Below, piece by piece: positions 25,166-37,456 of a stretch of DNA of 64,000 nt. This DNA is from Coniocarpon cinnabarinum (lineage: Eukaryota), in contig JAVECO010000013.1 in NCBI GenBank assembly GCA_051942205.1, positions 62,001 through 126,000 of the forward strand, given 5' to 3'. The notes beneath the pieces are model-generated. The model did not search any database. It saw only the letters and a program-made list of their open reading frames with translations, and had not been told where the DNA came from. Numbering within the stretch: position 1 is the stretch's first letter; each line of letters begins with the position of its first letter. A program made the translations under genes and the position numbers.

Positions 25166-26485
25166 GGGGCCGTCAGCTTGCCAGCCTGGGCACATCTCAT
25201 CTCATCCGGCCTCGCGGCAACCTGCTGTTTTTCAAGGTTATTTCAATGACTGCTAACAGCTTGACGGTCAACTCTTTTTTGCTCGAACTGTCTGATTTCC
25301 GATTTCTTGGTCAGCTCCCTCGCCGCAGCCTTCAAACCTCGGAAATCCCGTTTCAATCTCGCAAATTCTTCAGTGGCTGTGCGGATCAGCGACCGACGAA
25401 TTTGCTCACAGCATTCTCCTCACTTTTTCCTGTTACAAAATGTTCAGCTATGCGGCGTTGTGAGACAGTATTCACGACCTTCGCCGCGACGGTCACTCGT
25501 GTGTGGGACGGACGAGATCCTTTACATCACTTACATTTTCCTTTCTTGCAGATTCTCAAGCTTGGCCTTGATCATCCTTTTGTCTCGCGAAGACTAGTTA
25601 TTACTTCTACTTCTACTCGACCCGCCGTTGAGTCGGTGTCGGCTCCTGCCAAAGACCGACTGACTGTCGTCGGGGACTAATTAATATGGACATCTGCAAG
25701 AGATGTATTGACTTGTGGGGATGATCATTTCCTCTTGATTTACAGCTTTGCGATTGTGGCTGTTTTTTGCTAGGATGGCACCGTTGACTTCTAGTTCACT
25801 TCTGTTTCTGTACGGGATCTCGTCCTCCTTGTTTCTCGATTCCAGCTAGCTCGCTCATGTCGCCACGGATAGAATGATATATACCCCTTTTGACATTTGT
25901 GATTGTTCTTTGTCGTCAATCTCATGCGTCTGCGCGTGTATCGGTCTTGTCTCAACCCCGCATGCAGGTCTCTGCTGGCGGATGAGTGGCTTGTAACTGG
26001 ACAGGGTAAGTTTTGTAATACTAGGCCTGAAGACGGTTGTTTCGACATGAAAAATCCACGAATAAGCCAGTCTATACATCTAAACGATATGTAACCGGGA
26101 CCATTTGAAACTCTCCAAATCTTGTAAGAAGCCATTCTCAAGACGAGCCTTCTTCATCGTCTTTAAAATCCTTGAGCTACTTTTGAAGACTCGCGGACGC
26201 GTCTTGGAAAGAGACGTTGAAAGTTGCATGAGAGATACTGGTCAGAAGGTCCGATCTTTCGATAGCGAAACTTCGAGCGTCACCCTTTCAACGAAAAGAC
26301 GACCGAGATAGGGCGCATCATTTCGGTTATCTTTGCGTTGCATAGGAAGTTTTGCTGGAGAATTCGGGGAGTTGTGCTGAATGACTAGAGAGTCGTGTTG
26401 AAGCGAACTGTGCTAAGGACGTGGCGAGAGCTGGAAAAGGGCATCAGCCGGGCCAGGACCTGTGTCAGGGCAGGAGGAGTGAAGG

Positions 26486-27127
26486 ATGTCCTTCAAAGCG
26501 AAGAATTTGACTTTTGAAGCACCCAGTGCGCCCTTCCTTCAGTCTCTCCGTTCTCAAGATGAAGCATCCGAGACGAGTAGGGTCGGTGTTTATACGTCGA
26601 ATCGGAGACGCGCGGGGATCAAAAAGGACGAGGATGATGGACCTTTGATTTTGGATGAGGCGGGGAATGAAGTCGGGAGGGAGGAGATGAGGGCGTTGGA
26701 AGGGCGAGGTGATGGAAATGATGAGGGTGAGGACCGTGATGGTGAAGTGGGAGGTGAGGCCCCGAGCAATGGCGCTTCGATTGCAAGGAGTGGCGTTGGT
26801 GGTAGAGGAGATGAAGGAGGGGAGAGTAGGACTGTCAGGATTGGTGCTTCGAAGAAGCGGAAAGTAGGCAGGATTATTGGAGACGACGGGGAGCAACCCG
26901 GAGATCAACCTCAGCGGGGTGATGAGAGTAAAGAGAGGCTCTCGAAACGCAGCGGAGATGCAAGGGAGGACGAGCGCACCGCTGTGAAGGACGGGAGCGA
27001 GGCTGCGAAGAAGGATAGCGCTGACAAAGGCATGACGAGGAAGTCGGGCGCCGCGAAGGGTACAACGCAGAAGCTCGGTGCGACGAAGAAGCGGAAGAAG
27101 ATTGGGTTGAGCTTTGAAGGCGACTGA
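26486..27127 (+). CDS. DUF4604-like small charged protein
   Basis: 213-aa ORF with MSFKAKNLTF..PFLQSLR N-terminus, EDDGPLILD, IGASKKRKVGRIIG and KKRKKIGLSF C-terminus. Confidence 0.8.
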   Translation: MSFKAKNLTFEAPSAPFLQSLRSQDEASETSRVGVYTSNRRRAGIKKDEDDGPLILDEAGNEVGREEMRALEGRGDGNDEGEDRDGEVGGEAPSNGASIARSGVGGRGDEGGESRTVRIGASKKRKVGRIIGDDGEQPGDQPQRGDESKERLSKRSGDAREDERTAVKDGSEAAKKDSADKGMTRKSGAAKGTTQKLGATKKRKKIGLSFEGD

Positions 27128-28688
27128 GAACGTTCAGAGCTACAAGCGAGCCGAAGACTGGACCGTTTTAGTGCTTGAACACCCACGTGTTCTGATAACT
27201 TGCTATGACATTTGAAAGTGCGATTGTCGCGCATTGAGAGCAGTCAGTCTGCAAGGTTAATCCACTCCGTATCGCAGCGCTGTTGATGGCCCCAGCATGA
27301 ATCCGCTGGAAGCACGGAAACGTAAATGATGTTAAGATTCGAAGGCATCATAAGTGAATTGGATAATCATGACTGATTGGATTGGACTATCATTGATTGA
27401 TGGTGGAGATGCAGACAGTAGTGAGGCTGAGTAGGCTACGCGACGTTTGTGTAATTGAGGACTGTCGAGCAGAGATTCAGACAGCGTCATTTAGAAATCG
27501 AAGCGGCGGTCTTCGATGCTGCCAGATTCCGCGAATCGGATGTTCTCATGAAAAAGAAAACCCAACTTCAGCGTGTCTATATGTCTGTCGGAACTCCACG
27601 TAATTGCCCTCGCCTCTGAAGCTCTGCAGTGCTATTCATGCCTTATGACCGTCCGTTGACACCAGTGTCTGACATCTAGAACTGCGATATATGACCCACG
27701 TATTATGCATGGTATTAAAAATTTAAGTCTCGGAATCTTTGACATGGAATGAAGCCTCGAAAAGAAGAGAAAACACTAAAGGAAATAGGTGGTTATAGTG
27801 CGGCAAAGAAGCACGCCATGCGACGTGTTTTGGCTACGCAAGGTATTCTTAGCAAGAGCTCAAAATGACCTAGCCGTTGCCCAAGGTTGTCTCATATTGA
27901 GTGTGCTAAGGACCCGCAAAGTGGAGGGTTAAACATGGAAGGGAGCACATTCGAAGAACGGCTGCCGAATAAGGCTCTGAAAGTGTTCAGGCTGTCAGAT
28001 GATGACGAAGAGACTCTGGCAGGTGTACATCGATGCGTGATGGTGAGAGCTCATGTCATGATGACTTGCCAGTGCTTTGAATTTGTTTATCTTGCTTTTG
28101 GCTGATTGAGATGAAAATTTAGTACGAATTGAAAGATGAGTGGCGCTGGTCTAAGTTGAATTCCAAGCTTTTCTGCCTATATAAAGGTTTGCGGCCCACA
28201 GGTCGATCTAATTGCCCACCAGTAGAGAGATACAGACTCCGGATTGAAAGATCAAGGACGGGAGCGTTTAAGAAATGCACATCAATTTGAACAACCTCCA
28301 GCAAGTGCCGTCAAAGAGATTTTTGCTTCCCTTTACTGTCTCCGTCAGCGTTCTCGCAGACCTGAAACTCATTTGGGACGTCCCAAATTGAACAATATGA
28401 CGCAGTGCGCTGTCGCTACACATGCTGAGACAACATGGTTCGTATCGGATGGCAGACAGATATCAAGAGGCATGAGAAGCAGAATCTGATATGCTGCGTT
28501 TTATGATGATCTCATGTCGGAGTCAATTCCGAAAGAGTGATAAGCTACAGCTCGGCCTCAGGACAAAGGACAGTTTGCACGTTTGCCTAGCAATCATGTA
28601 AGGCGATACAGGCGCCTAGATGCGCCCTCAAGGACTTATCTGGAATACATGATACCAGACGAAAGATCGGTACAGCAACCGCGCAGTC

Positions 28689-29432
28689 ATGGCATCAGAA
28701 CTTCCCAGCAACGCACACGTATCGCAACATCCGTGCCTGCGAGCGAAGCTGGCACAGCTCCGGTCTCAAAGCACCAACGCGCGCGAAGTCAAAAGCCTCA
28801 TCCATGACATATCCCTCATTGCTGGCTGCGAAGCCCTCGGCCAAGCACTCCAAGCGACGCCGACGCGGAAGGTCCGGGCTGCATCACTTTGGCATGATAT
28901 CCTCGCTAACAAACGACAGGACACGAGCCCCCTCGGCTATGATTACGGCGTCGATACCCTGGTCCCGTCCAAAGTCTCCATCATGCCCATACTCCGCTCT
29001 GGGCTAGGAATGGTGGACGCGCTTCAAACGCTCCTCCCTGAACCAGTACCCGTCCATCATCTCGGTCTCTTCCGCGACAAGACCACTATGACAGCTGTGG
29101 AGTACTACAACAACTTACCCTACCATCGGACGTCGCAGTCAAGCGCCGCGGCGGAAGGGCCGTCGGATCTCGCTATCCTTGTGGATCCAGTAGTGGCGAC
29201 GGGCGCCTCGGCGTGTGCGGCGATCGACACGCTGAAAGAGTGGGGTGTCAAGAAGATCATCATGATATGCGTCATTTGCAGTAAGCCTGGTCTTCAGCGG
29301 GCGGCGGAGCTGTGGCCCAAGGGTGTGGAAATCTGGGCTGGTGGGATGGATGAGACGTGTGATGATATGGGCATGATCAAGCCCGGACTAGGAGATGTTG
29401 GAGACCGGTTGTTCTTGACCATTGGAAAATGA
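28689..29432 (+). CDS. Uracil phosphoribosyltransferase family protein, probable 48-nt intron 28872-28919
   Basis: HVSQHPCLRAKL, PILRSGLGM, HHLGLFR, PRPP-binding LVDPVVATG and IKPGLGDVGDRLF. Confidence 0.93.
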   Translation: MASELPSNAHVSQHPCLRAKLAQLRSQSTNAREVKSLIHDISLIAGCEALGQALQATPTRKVRAASLWHDILANKRQDTSPLGYDYGVDTLVPSKVSIMPILRSGLGMVDALQTLLPEPVPVHHLGLFRDKTTMTAVEYYNNLPYHRTSQSSAAAEGPSDLAILVDPVVATGASACAAIDTLKEWGVKKIIMICVICSKPGLQRAAELWPKGVEIWAGGMDETCDDMGMIKPGLGDVGDRLFLTIGK

Positions 29433-32289
29433 CCACACGTTCGAGGAGATTCGTTGTGCGGATGTTTGATGCATCCGCGAACCAGTAGATTTCGACGTCG
29501 CTTACATGGGCGGACTTTGAGCTCTCGGGGCTTCGCGATGAGTGGGGCATAAATTTTGATCTTGCTTGGCTCTTCACAAGCTCACAACAGGCAGATCTTT
29601 CAGATGGTTGGCCTTGCAAGGCATTCTCGATGTAAGCAAATTGTTCGTAAGCCGGCTAACACCGTGGAACTTGTCCTCGATTCATATCGGTAGTCGATAG
29701 GACCCAGAGAGTCCACCGTAAGTGCGAGTGGCAAGAATGGTGAATAGCACTTGCCGGCGAGACATTATTTATGGGGCTAAAGAATACCACGGTACTTTTT
29801 ATGCGCTGAAAGCGAGATTGCAATTTATTCCTTGTACAATGAATTTGCAAATAGTGTTGCTGACGCTACGTGTTTGTTACGACCGCTTGATGGAAAGGCG
29901 GTATGTTGCCTGACGAACGTCGGTGAACCTCACATGCCTACACAAAACCTTCTCTTCGTCAGGCTCAAACTTTTGCCATCTTGCATTTCCATTATCAGCT
30001 TCACAAGATTTCGGTTGAGCGATTTTAGAGAAGATCTTTGATAAGAATTCCAACGATGGGAGGTTGAGATATTTTCTCTCCGACGTGACTAACACCTTAC
30101 CCCCAAAAATGGTACAATCCACTCGAAGATGTTTCGTCTTGACCGCGATCACGAATATTGGATTTCCCAATAGCAACAACCGTGTCACGCATTGCTCGGC
30201 AGAGGCAAGTTTTTGCCGCACCTGGCACGAGAGCGGTGAAGAAGTGCTTCATTAGGACCAGCGGCTCAAGCGAGCGTGAGCGCAACACTGCAAGCGGACT
30301 GAGGCTGTCGCGAAGCCTCTGCTGAAAGAGACTGCGATCTTCGATGGCGTCAGCTGCCTACGCGTTTGCTCACGCTCAACAACACCGCGGTCACCGTGGA
30401 TTGTCTGCTTCAAACCAAGGGTCCATGGCGTCGCACCAATGGAGTCGCCCTGTCAGCGGCACTGCTGTGTCGCTGTGATGACCTCTCGAACTCGCATCAG
30501 TTTTGACGATGTCCATGGGGAGCCGATCGTCCGCCGCTGAGGTTGCGGCAACTGTAAGACCTGGTCGGTGAGAGGTGAAGAAGCATCAGTCCCACCGTGA
30601 AGATTACATTGTGAAAGTCATGCCTCGCTGAAAGCAGCGACTGCTTTAGGAAGCGCCTGTGATACGTTAAAGACACACGGACGGAGCGTGGAGCGGTAGG
30701 CCTGATCACGAGTCTCACAGCAGCTGCAGGATGATGTCGCCCACCGGCGAAGATGCTAGCTTTGGCAAGTCAGTTGCTGCATGGCGTCGTGGTGGCCATT
30801 GTCCAGCCAGAGCGAGGGGAACGGAGCCCTGCGCCGCGGGGCGCCTAATCGTGCAATCGGCAACTCTCATTAGCTGCCACTGCGCACCATTGCCCTCAGC
30901 CATTGCATTGAACGCTACCTTCACCCTTCTGGCACCGTCATGGCGTTGCGGCGCGCCCGAGCCCATCTCTCCTCACCTTCCGCGCTCCGCCCTTCGGCAA
31001 AAACCATGCATTGTCCAAGTCCCGGGCGATCGCTGCGCTGATTTGGTAACTCGCAACACCACCACAGGAAAGCTCTCGCGCGCCTGTCCACGCCGCCCCT
31101 CAGCTCCATTTTGACTAACGAGAGCACGATGGAACGCTGGACATGCACGCTGTGACCGCGCTCATGATCAAGAGCTCGGCTCAGGCTTGGCGGCCGGAGC
31201 GCAACACGTTGGGCGTGCGCGAGTGATCAACACGGGCTGCCATGGGCGGAAAATAAAACACGGCTAGCTTGGAGACGGCGATCGCTGTCAGAGGAGACGG
31301 TTCTGATTTATTGACATGGATCTGAATGGGATTTCTCCACAAAGCTACGGAGTATCGCGTGGGTATGGGGGAGAAGGGAGATTCAGTCGTCAGTCATGGG
31401 CTGCCTGCGCTACCTCCTCTCGGCAAGATAGGCACAGTACTCAAGCTGGGAGAGTGTATATGCAGCCGCTGTCTCGACCCATGAGTGGTGCTGGGGACGG
31501 CAGCTGACGCGTGAGCGATCTAGACAGCTGTGATCCGCGACGGCTGCTCCAGACAAGGCCGTCGTCGGTGAGGCGGTCTCTGACTACGACTTGTGTCTGC
31601 TCTTGCGTGCAGCGAGGGAGTAATTAAAGAGATTTGGCACGTAGGGCTGCGCTAGTGCGAGCTAGTTCCTTCCGCGCCTCAGTCTCTCCCTCTCCAGTCT
31701 CTGCTCATCAAATCCCTCCCCTCCCTCTCCCTCTCCCTTTCTGCTCCCCTTCTCCAATCGCTGTCCAGCGCCCGTCGTGTCGCTGCCACTCGTCCCTTGT
31801 ACCTTTTCCCTGGACCACCGTGACCCCAATCCACCACCGCCAGCCCGCTCCGTTGCCTGGGCCTGCTGCTGCTCTCCTCCCCCCATCTCTCTTTCTCTCC
31901 CGTCGCCCTACTCCGCTCGACGAACGTCTTTCATCATCGTCGCATCAGCGCCCTCGTCGTGGTTCCTGTCCCTGAGTCGGGCCCGTGTGAGGCCTCATCT
32001 CGACAGCTCCCTGGGCAGGTGGTGGCTGCCGCTTCTTGGCCAGTGCTGCAAAGCTCCGACGATACTTCTACGTCTTCGCTGCCCCTAGCCAGCCCGCCTT
32101 CCCGAGCACCCGCACACTGCAGCTTTCCCGTCCGCGCTTCCATTTTCATCTTACCTCTCCTGACACGCCTTCTGATCTCCTCCGTTCGCGCGCGCGCCCT
32201 CTCTTCCACCCCCCGGTCGACAGCTATCGTCTCCTCACCACCATCCAGCCTCGCCAAGCCCTCTCACGTCGTCAACCTTGGTCGCCAAG

Positions 32290-33757
32290 ATGGGGTCCAG
32301 TAGCAATCCCGAGGAGATGCAAGTGCGCATAACTCAGGCACGTCGCGATGCAGAAGGTCTCAAGGACAGGATAAAGCGCGTCAAGGACGAGCTCGCCGAC
32401 ACATCTTGTGCGTCTCCAGACTCCGCCGTGGACGTTTGCCTACACGACATGACCGACTAACTCGTTGATACAGTGCGCGATGTCGCACGAACCCGAACGG
32501 AGCAGCTGCCCAAGCTCACGTTACGGACTAAGCGCACTCTGAAAGGACATTTAGCCAAGATATATGCCATGCATTGGTGAGTCGATTCGTTTCTCTGGAC
32601 GAGAAATCACCACGACTGGTATCTGACTGCTTCATTCATAGGTCGACCGATCGTAGACACCTTGTCTCTGCCTCGCAAGATGGCAAGCTGATCATATGGG
32701 ACGCCTACACAACCAACAAAGTCCATGCTATACCTCTTCGATCATCATGGGTCATGACATGTGCATATTCTCCCAGCGGAAACTACGTTGCTTGTGGTGG
32801 CCTTGATAACATCTGCTCAATCTACAACCTGTCCGCGCGCGAAGGTCCAACACGTGTCGCCCGCGAGCTGTCCGGCCACTCTGGTTACCTCTCTTGCTGC
32901 CGCTTCATCAATGACCGCAGAATTCTCACATCCTCAGGCGATATGACTTGCGTGCTATGGGATGTCGACACGGGCTCTAAGATTCACGACTTCGCGGATC
33001 ACTTGGGCGACGTAATGAGTCTGAGCATCAACCCACTCGACCACAACATGTTCGTCTCTGGTGCATGCGATGCTTTTGCCAAAATTTGGGACATTAGACA
33101 ACAAAGATGCACCCAGACATTTGCTGCGCACGACTCTGACATCAACGCCGTCCAATTCTTCCCCAATGGTAATGCTGTAGGCACAGGATCTGACGATGCA
33201 TCCTGTCGTCTCTTCGACTTACGTGCAGACCGCGAATTGCAAGCTTACACAGTAAGTCTTCGCACCCAGCAGGAACAAAGCGCCTGTGACACGTGGCATG
33301 CGATTTTTTACACCGCTACCCATATTGCAAATCGCTCAAAGATTGCTAACGATATGTCCAGATCAACGATCCCATCGGTATCACATCCGTGGCATTCTCT
33401 GTATCAGGACGATTACTCTTTGCCGGATATGATGACTTTGAATGCAAGGTGCGTCTCCATTCCTGCACTGACATGCTATTGCCTGTTACGGCAAAAAAAG
33501 CAACGGTGACTCCGGAAACCGTTTGTGAAATGGAACATACCACTGACTCGAGTGCTTGCAATAGGTGTGGGACGTTTTACGGGGAGACCGGGTCGGGTCG
33601 CTGCAGGGTCACGAGAACAGGGTTAGCTGTCTTGGCGTGAGCAACGATGCGATGAGCCTTTGCACTGGATCATGGGATTCGACTGTAAGTGATGACAACT
33701 TCGACAAGATGTCGAGTAGCCTTCTGACCAAAATTGCAGCTCCGGATCTGGGCGTGA
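32290..33757 (+). CDS. sfaD: Heterotrimeric G-protein beta subunit, 6 exons
   Basis: N-terminal coiled coil, [49 protein letters not shown] and WD40 repeats ending LRIWA*. Introns 32408-32473, 32577-32641, 33252-33361, 33449-33564 and 33685-33739. Confidence 0.97.
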
Positions 33758-35449
33758 TGAGGCTTTCGGTCTCCAACGCGGGACTGCTTTCCATGCATCT
33801 ACGACGGCGTGAACTTTTGGCTTCGATTCTCCATTGCAATGACGCATTGCGTCCTTACTCTTACGTTGATCATATTCGACCACCTTTTACGGCAAGCCTG
33901 GCGTTTCCATCGGCTACGGAGCGGATCTACTAAAAGCATCCTTGAGTGAGACGGCTCTTTCAGTAGAACTGGACGGCGGTCTCACACCTTTTCACTACGG
34001 ACATTTACAACACCTACACCACAGCAAAAGACGACTTAAGCAGCAAAAGAACACTGTTGATGAAGGTCAAGCATCAAGGATATCAATGTCAATGACTGGG
34101 TCTCTCGGCCTTTACTTAATGTTACGATTTGGCAGACGTGGGAGGGTGCCAACCGCTTAGTCGACTTTCTTCAAAGGGGAGAGAGGTGGCATGGAGTGGT
34201 GAGCAGATGTGGCTGGTGCAAATTTGAGCGTCTCTTTTGTGCGTTTTGTTTATGAGCGAAGCTTGTCAGCAGGCTTCCGTGACGGGGATGAGACTCCAGG
34301 GGAGAGGGGCATGCAGGCCCAACATTGATGCTGACTGCAGCGACGAGGAGGAGGCGGCGGGGACCGAGTCGGGAGGAATTTTGAAAGAATACGATGAGCT
34401 TGCTTTTGGCTATCGTGCCACAGGCGATATACAGCACTGGCAGGAAAGCTACTGGCGGGAAGCCGGCTGTTTATATGGACTGTTCGATACCACCCAGAGT
34501 CTCAATCAAAGTTATGATTCTCAGTGTGGCAGGAGGCCTTTTGACGCGACCCAGCTCGGATGCGGTGAGTCTTTTGCGCTCACGTGGCGTCTTGTGCCTT
34601 GGAAGTAATCAAGCGGTGAGAGCAAGACAGGACTGGGATGAGACACAAACGGTCGGCGCCCCTCATGGTGGGTGTGATTGAAGGGAATGGAACACTGCAT
34701 ACACCGCATACATCCATTGGCAGCGCTGTACACAGAACATCACGCCGTACCCTTTCCAGACAAGCGATCGCGGAAGCGCGCATTGACCCGCCACACCGCG
34801 CTACCACACCCAAACGGTCTTGCTGCCTTCACATGCTCTTTCCTCCCTTTCTCCTTTCTCCTTCCTCCCACCAAGTGGCTGCGGCTCTAAGTATGTTTTC
34901 ACTGCGACAGAGCAAGGCAAGAATCCTTGCAAACAGAGCTCAACGGATAGGCCTGAGAAGTGAGAGAGGTGACGACGGCGGTGAAGAACATGGGTACATT
35001 TGGAATGTGACTGGCCCGGCTTGTGGACGAGAAGGAGATCGAGACAGTGGTTTCATGTGGCTTGGCGGTCCGGGGGAGCAGGGACCGGGGCTGGATGAGG
35101 GGAGCTGCGAGATATTGCGTGGCAGGTACGTACCTTCGTCGTTAGGTAACGTCTTCTTTCCATTGCCTCACCTACCTGAGGTCCCTACCTACCTCCAGCG
35201 TCTGCACTTTTCTAATGACTTGATTCATCTCTTCCTTCTTCCTTTCCAAACACCTTCGATTCATCAACTGTCCATTTGTGTTTCCTTCCCGCCAGACCGG
35301 CGCTCTTGTTTTTGCACGGAATGCCCCAAAACTGCCGCAATATAATCCTGTTACGCCTGCGCCTTTAGATCCACCACGGTCGCAACTCCTGCAGGCATGG
35401 TCACTCGTTTACTTGAGCTTGCTGAAAATAACTTCTTCGCTCGCTACGA

Positions 35450-37456
35450 ATGAAAAAGCTCGCCACTACCAACGGGCTGTATCTCCCGCTACCTCAGTCT
35501 CCAATTCCCACTACTGCGCCCCGCCTCAGACCTCGAGTGCCCCGCCCACGCTGCAAGTCGTTCCTACACCTCCTCCTGTCCCTTTTATCGCTCACATTAA
35601 TAATCCTCTATTTCCGCGACGATATCAGCGAGCTACCGGATCGATGGCACGGCACCGTCTTCAACCCTGAGCCGGCGTCTTCACTTTCATCGCCGCATGC
35701 GATCTTTTCCGCTCAAGACCACCCTGGCCTAGAGTCGCATCCAATTGATACCCTGATTGATGGCGCTGAGACACAATTTGGGGAGCTGCTGTCAAGAGAG
35801 ACCCATAGTGTGGGAGACGCTGCAAGAGCATACCGCAGGAGACGAGGAAGGCATCCTCCACCTTGGTTCGACGAATGGGTAAGGTTCGCTGAAGATCATG
35901 ATGCGGTCGTCATCGAAGACTTGTTCGACCAGATCTATCACGACATCAACCCGCTGTGGGCTGTACCAGCGCACGAGCTGCGTACTGCAGCGTCCAAATG
36001 GCCGTACAATGTCAAGGTTCGCAATGGCACAGTCAGCCAGACCAATAGCAACTGGAACTTTGTCAATGTGTATACTAAGATGCTCAAGAAGTTGACTGGA
36101 CGCTTGCCAGACGTTGACATCCCCATCAATGAGATGGACGAGCCTCGATTGTTGGTGGAGTGGGAAAAGATCGACTTTTACATGTCAACAATCCAGAATG
36201 CGGCCAGAGACAAGGACCCACGTGAAACGCCTACAGTACGTGGGTACTCCTCATTGACGGGGTATAAGCCGCCGTCCTTCGAATACCCATGGGCATACAT
36301 CGGTCCTTATTGGAACTTCGTACGGACTGGCTGCCCTGCGAAGTCGTACGCGCGGAAGACAAGCATCGACGCAGACTTCACCGAACCGCCGATGTTTCCT
36401 GACAAATGGCCCAACGAGACGTACATGGGCTTCATCGCAAATTTTTCGATCGCTCGTGATCCGTGTATGCATCCACATCTGAGGAACATGCACGGTACAT
36501 TCGTGGAACCTATCAGCCAGTCAACGTCCAATAGGTTGTTTCCAATGTTCAGTGGTGCCAAGCTGCCGACCAATAATGATGTCCTCCTCCCAGCCACTAT
36601 GTACTGGACAGAGAGTGACTCGCCGAGCGACGACAGCGAGCTCATCCCGTGGGCAAGCAAGCACGACAAGGTCGTGTGGAGAGGCAGCGCATCGGGAGGT
36701 CGCAACCGGGTCGAGAACTGGACTCGCTTCCACCGTCATCGCTTTCTGTCCATGCTCAATGGCACGCAGGTGGAGATGACCGAATTTGCACAGCAATGGG
36801 TCGAAGAAACTGATCAAGAGATACCCAAGGTCCGTCAACTGCCAGCGCCGGACGCGCCGCCAGGCGCTCCTGAGACTTTCAACTACACCGTCCCTCGCAA
36901 TTTTCCCTTGCCTGATCAGCGTTTGTACCCTCTCAGGGCTGTCCAGCTCGGCGTCCTGGCGGACTGGGTGCGCAGCTTCTCGAACTCAGCGTTCGTCTGG
37001 CTCAACTGCTTTCCCGCCACACGCACCTTCAGCTGCTCGTACACCGGTGACTACTACCGCCGCATGCGCGAGATGAAGCTGGAGCGCCATTTTCACTACA
37101 AGTACCTTCCCGACATCGACGGCAACGGCATGTCTCCTCGCTTCCGCCAATTCCTCAAGTCAAACTCGCTGCCCATCAAATCGACAATCTACAAAGAATG
37201 GCATGACGATCGCCTCGTACCTTGGAAACACTTCGTTCCTATGGACAACACGTATATGGATTTCTACAGCATCATGGAGTATCTGCTCGGTCATGATCGG
37301 CGGGCTCAGCGCATTGCTGAAGATGGCAAGCGCTGGGCTGATCGTGTCTTGCGGAAAGAAGACATGCTTGTTTATGTTTATCGACTTGTGCTGGAGTACG
37401 CGCGGGTTTGTGACCCGCTGAGGCATCATATGGGGTGGGTGGGAGATCTGGAGTGA
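35450..37456 (+). CDS. Glycosyltransferase family 90 (CAP10/CXT1-like xylosyltransferase)
   Basis: 668-aa ORF with N-terminal TM; HPIDTLI, YRRRRGRHPPPWFDEW, INEMDEPR, WRGSASGG, KYLPDIDGN, EWHDDRLVPWKHFVPMD. Confidence 0.93.
   Translation: MKKLATTNGLYLPLPQSPIPTTAPRLRPRVPRPRCKSFLHLLLSLLSLTLIILYFRDDISELPDRWHGTVFNPEPASSLSSPHAIFSAQDHPGLESHPIDTLIDGAETQFGELLSRETHSVGDAARAYRRRRGRHPPPWFDEWVRFAEDHDAVVIEDLFDQIYHDINPLWAVPAHELRTAASKWPYNVKVRNGTVSQTNSNWNFVNVYTKMLKKLTGRLPDVDIPINEMDEPRLLVEWEKIDFYMSTIQNAARDKDPRETPTVRGYSSLTGYKPPSFEYPWAYIGPYWNFVRTGCPAKSYARKTSIDADFTEPPMFPDKWPNETYMGFIANFSIARDPCMHPHLRNMHGTFVEPISQSTSNRLFPMFSGAKLPTNNDVLLPATMYWTESDSPSDDSELIPWASKHDKVVWRGSASGGRNRVENWTRFHRHRFLSMLNGTQVEMTEFAQQWVEETDQEIPKVRQLPAPDAPPGAPETFNYTVPRNFPLPDQRLYPLRAVQLGVLADWVRSFSNSAFVWLNCFPATRTFSCSYTGDYYRRMREMKLERHFHYKYLPDIDGNGMSPRFRQFLKSNSLPIKSTIYKEWHDDRLVPWKHFVPMDNTYMDFYSIMEYLLGHDRRAQRIAEDGKRWADRVLRKEDMLVYVYRLVLEYARVCDPLRHHMGWVGDLE

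Noticed and set aside
34237..35345. 123-aa and 235-aa ORFs between G-beta and the GT90 gene
   Set aside because: No motifs and atypical composition; probably chance ORFs in intergenic or promoter DNA.
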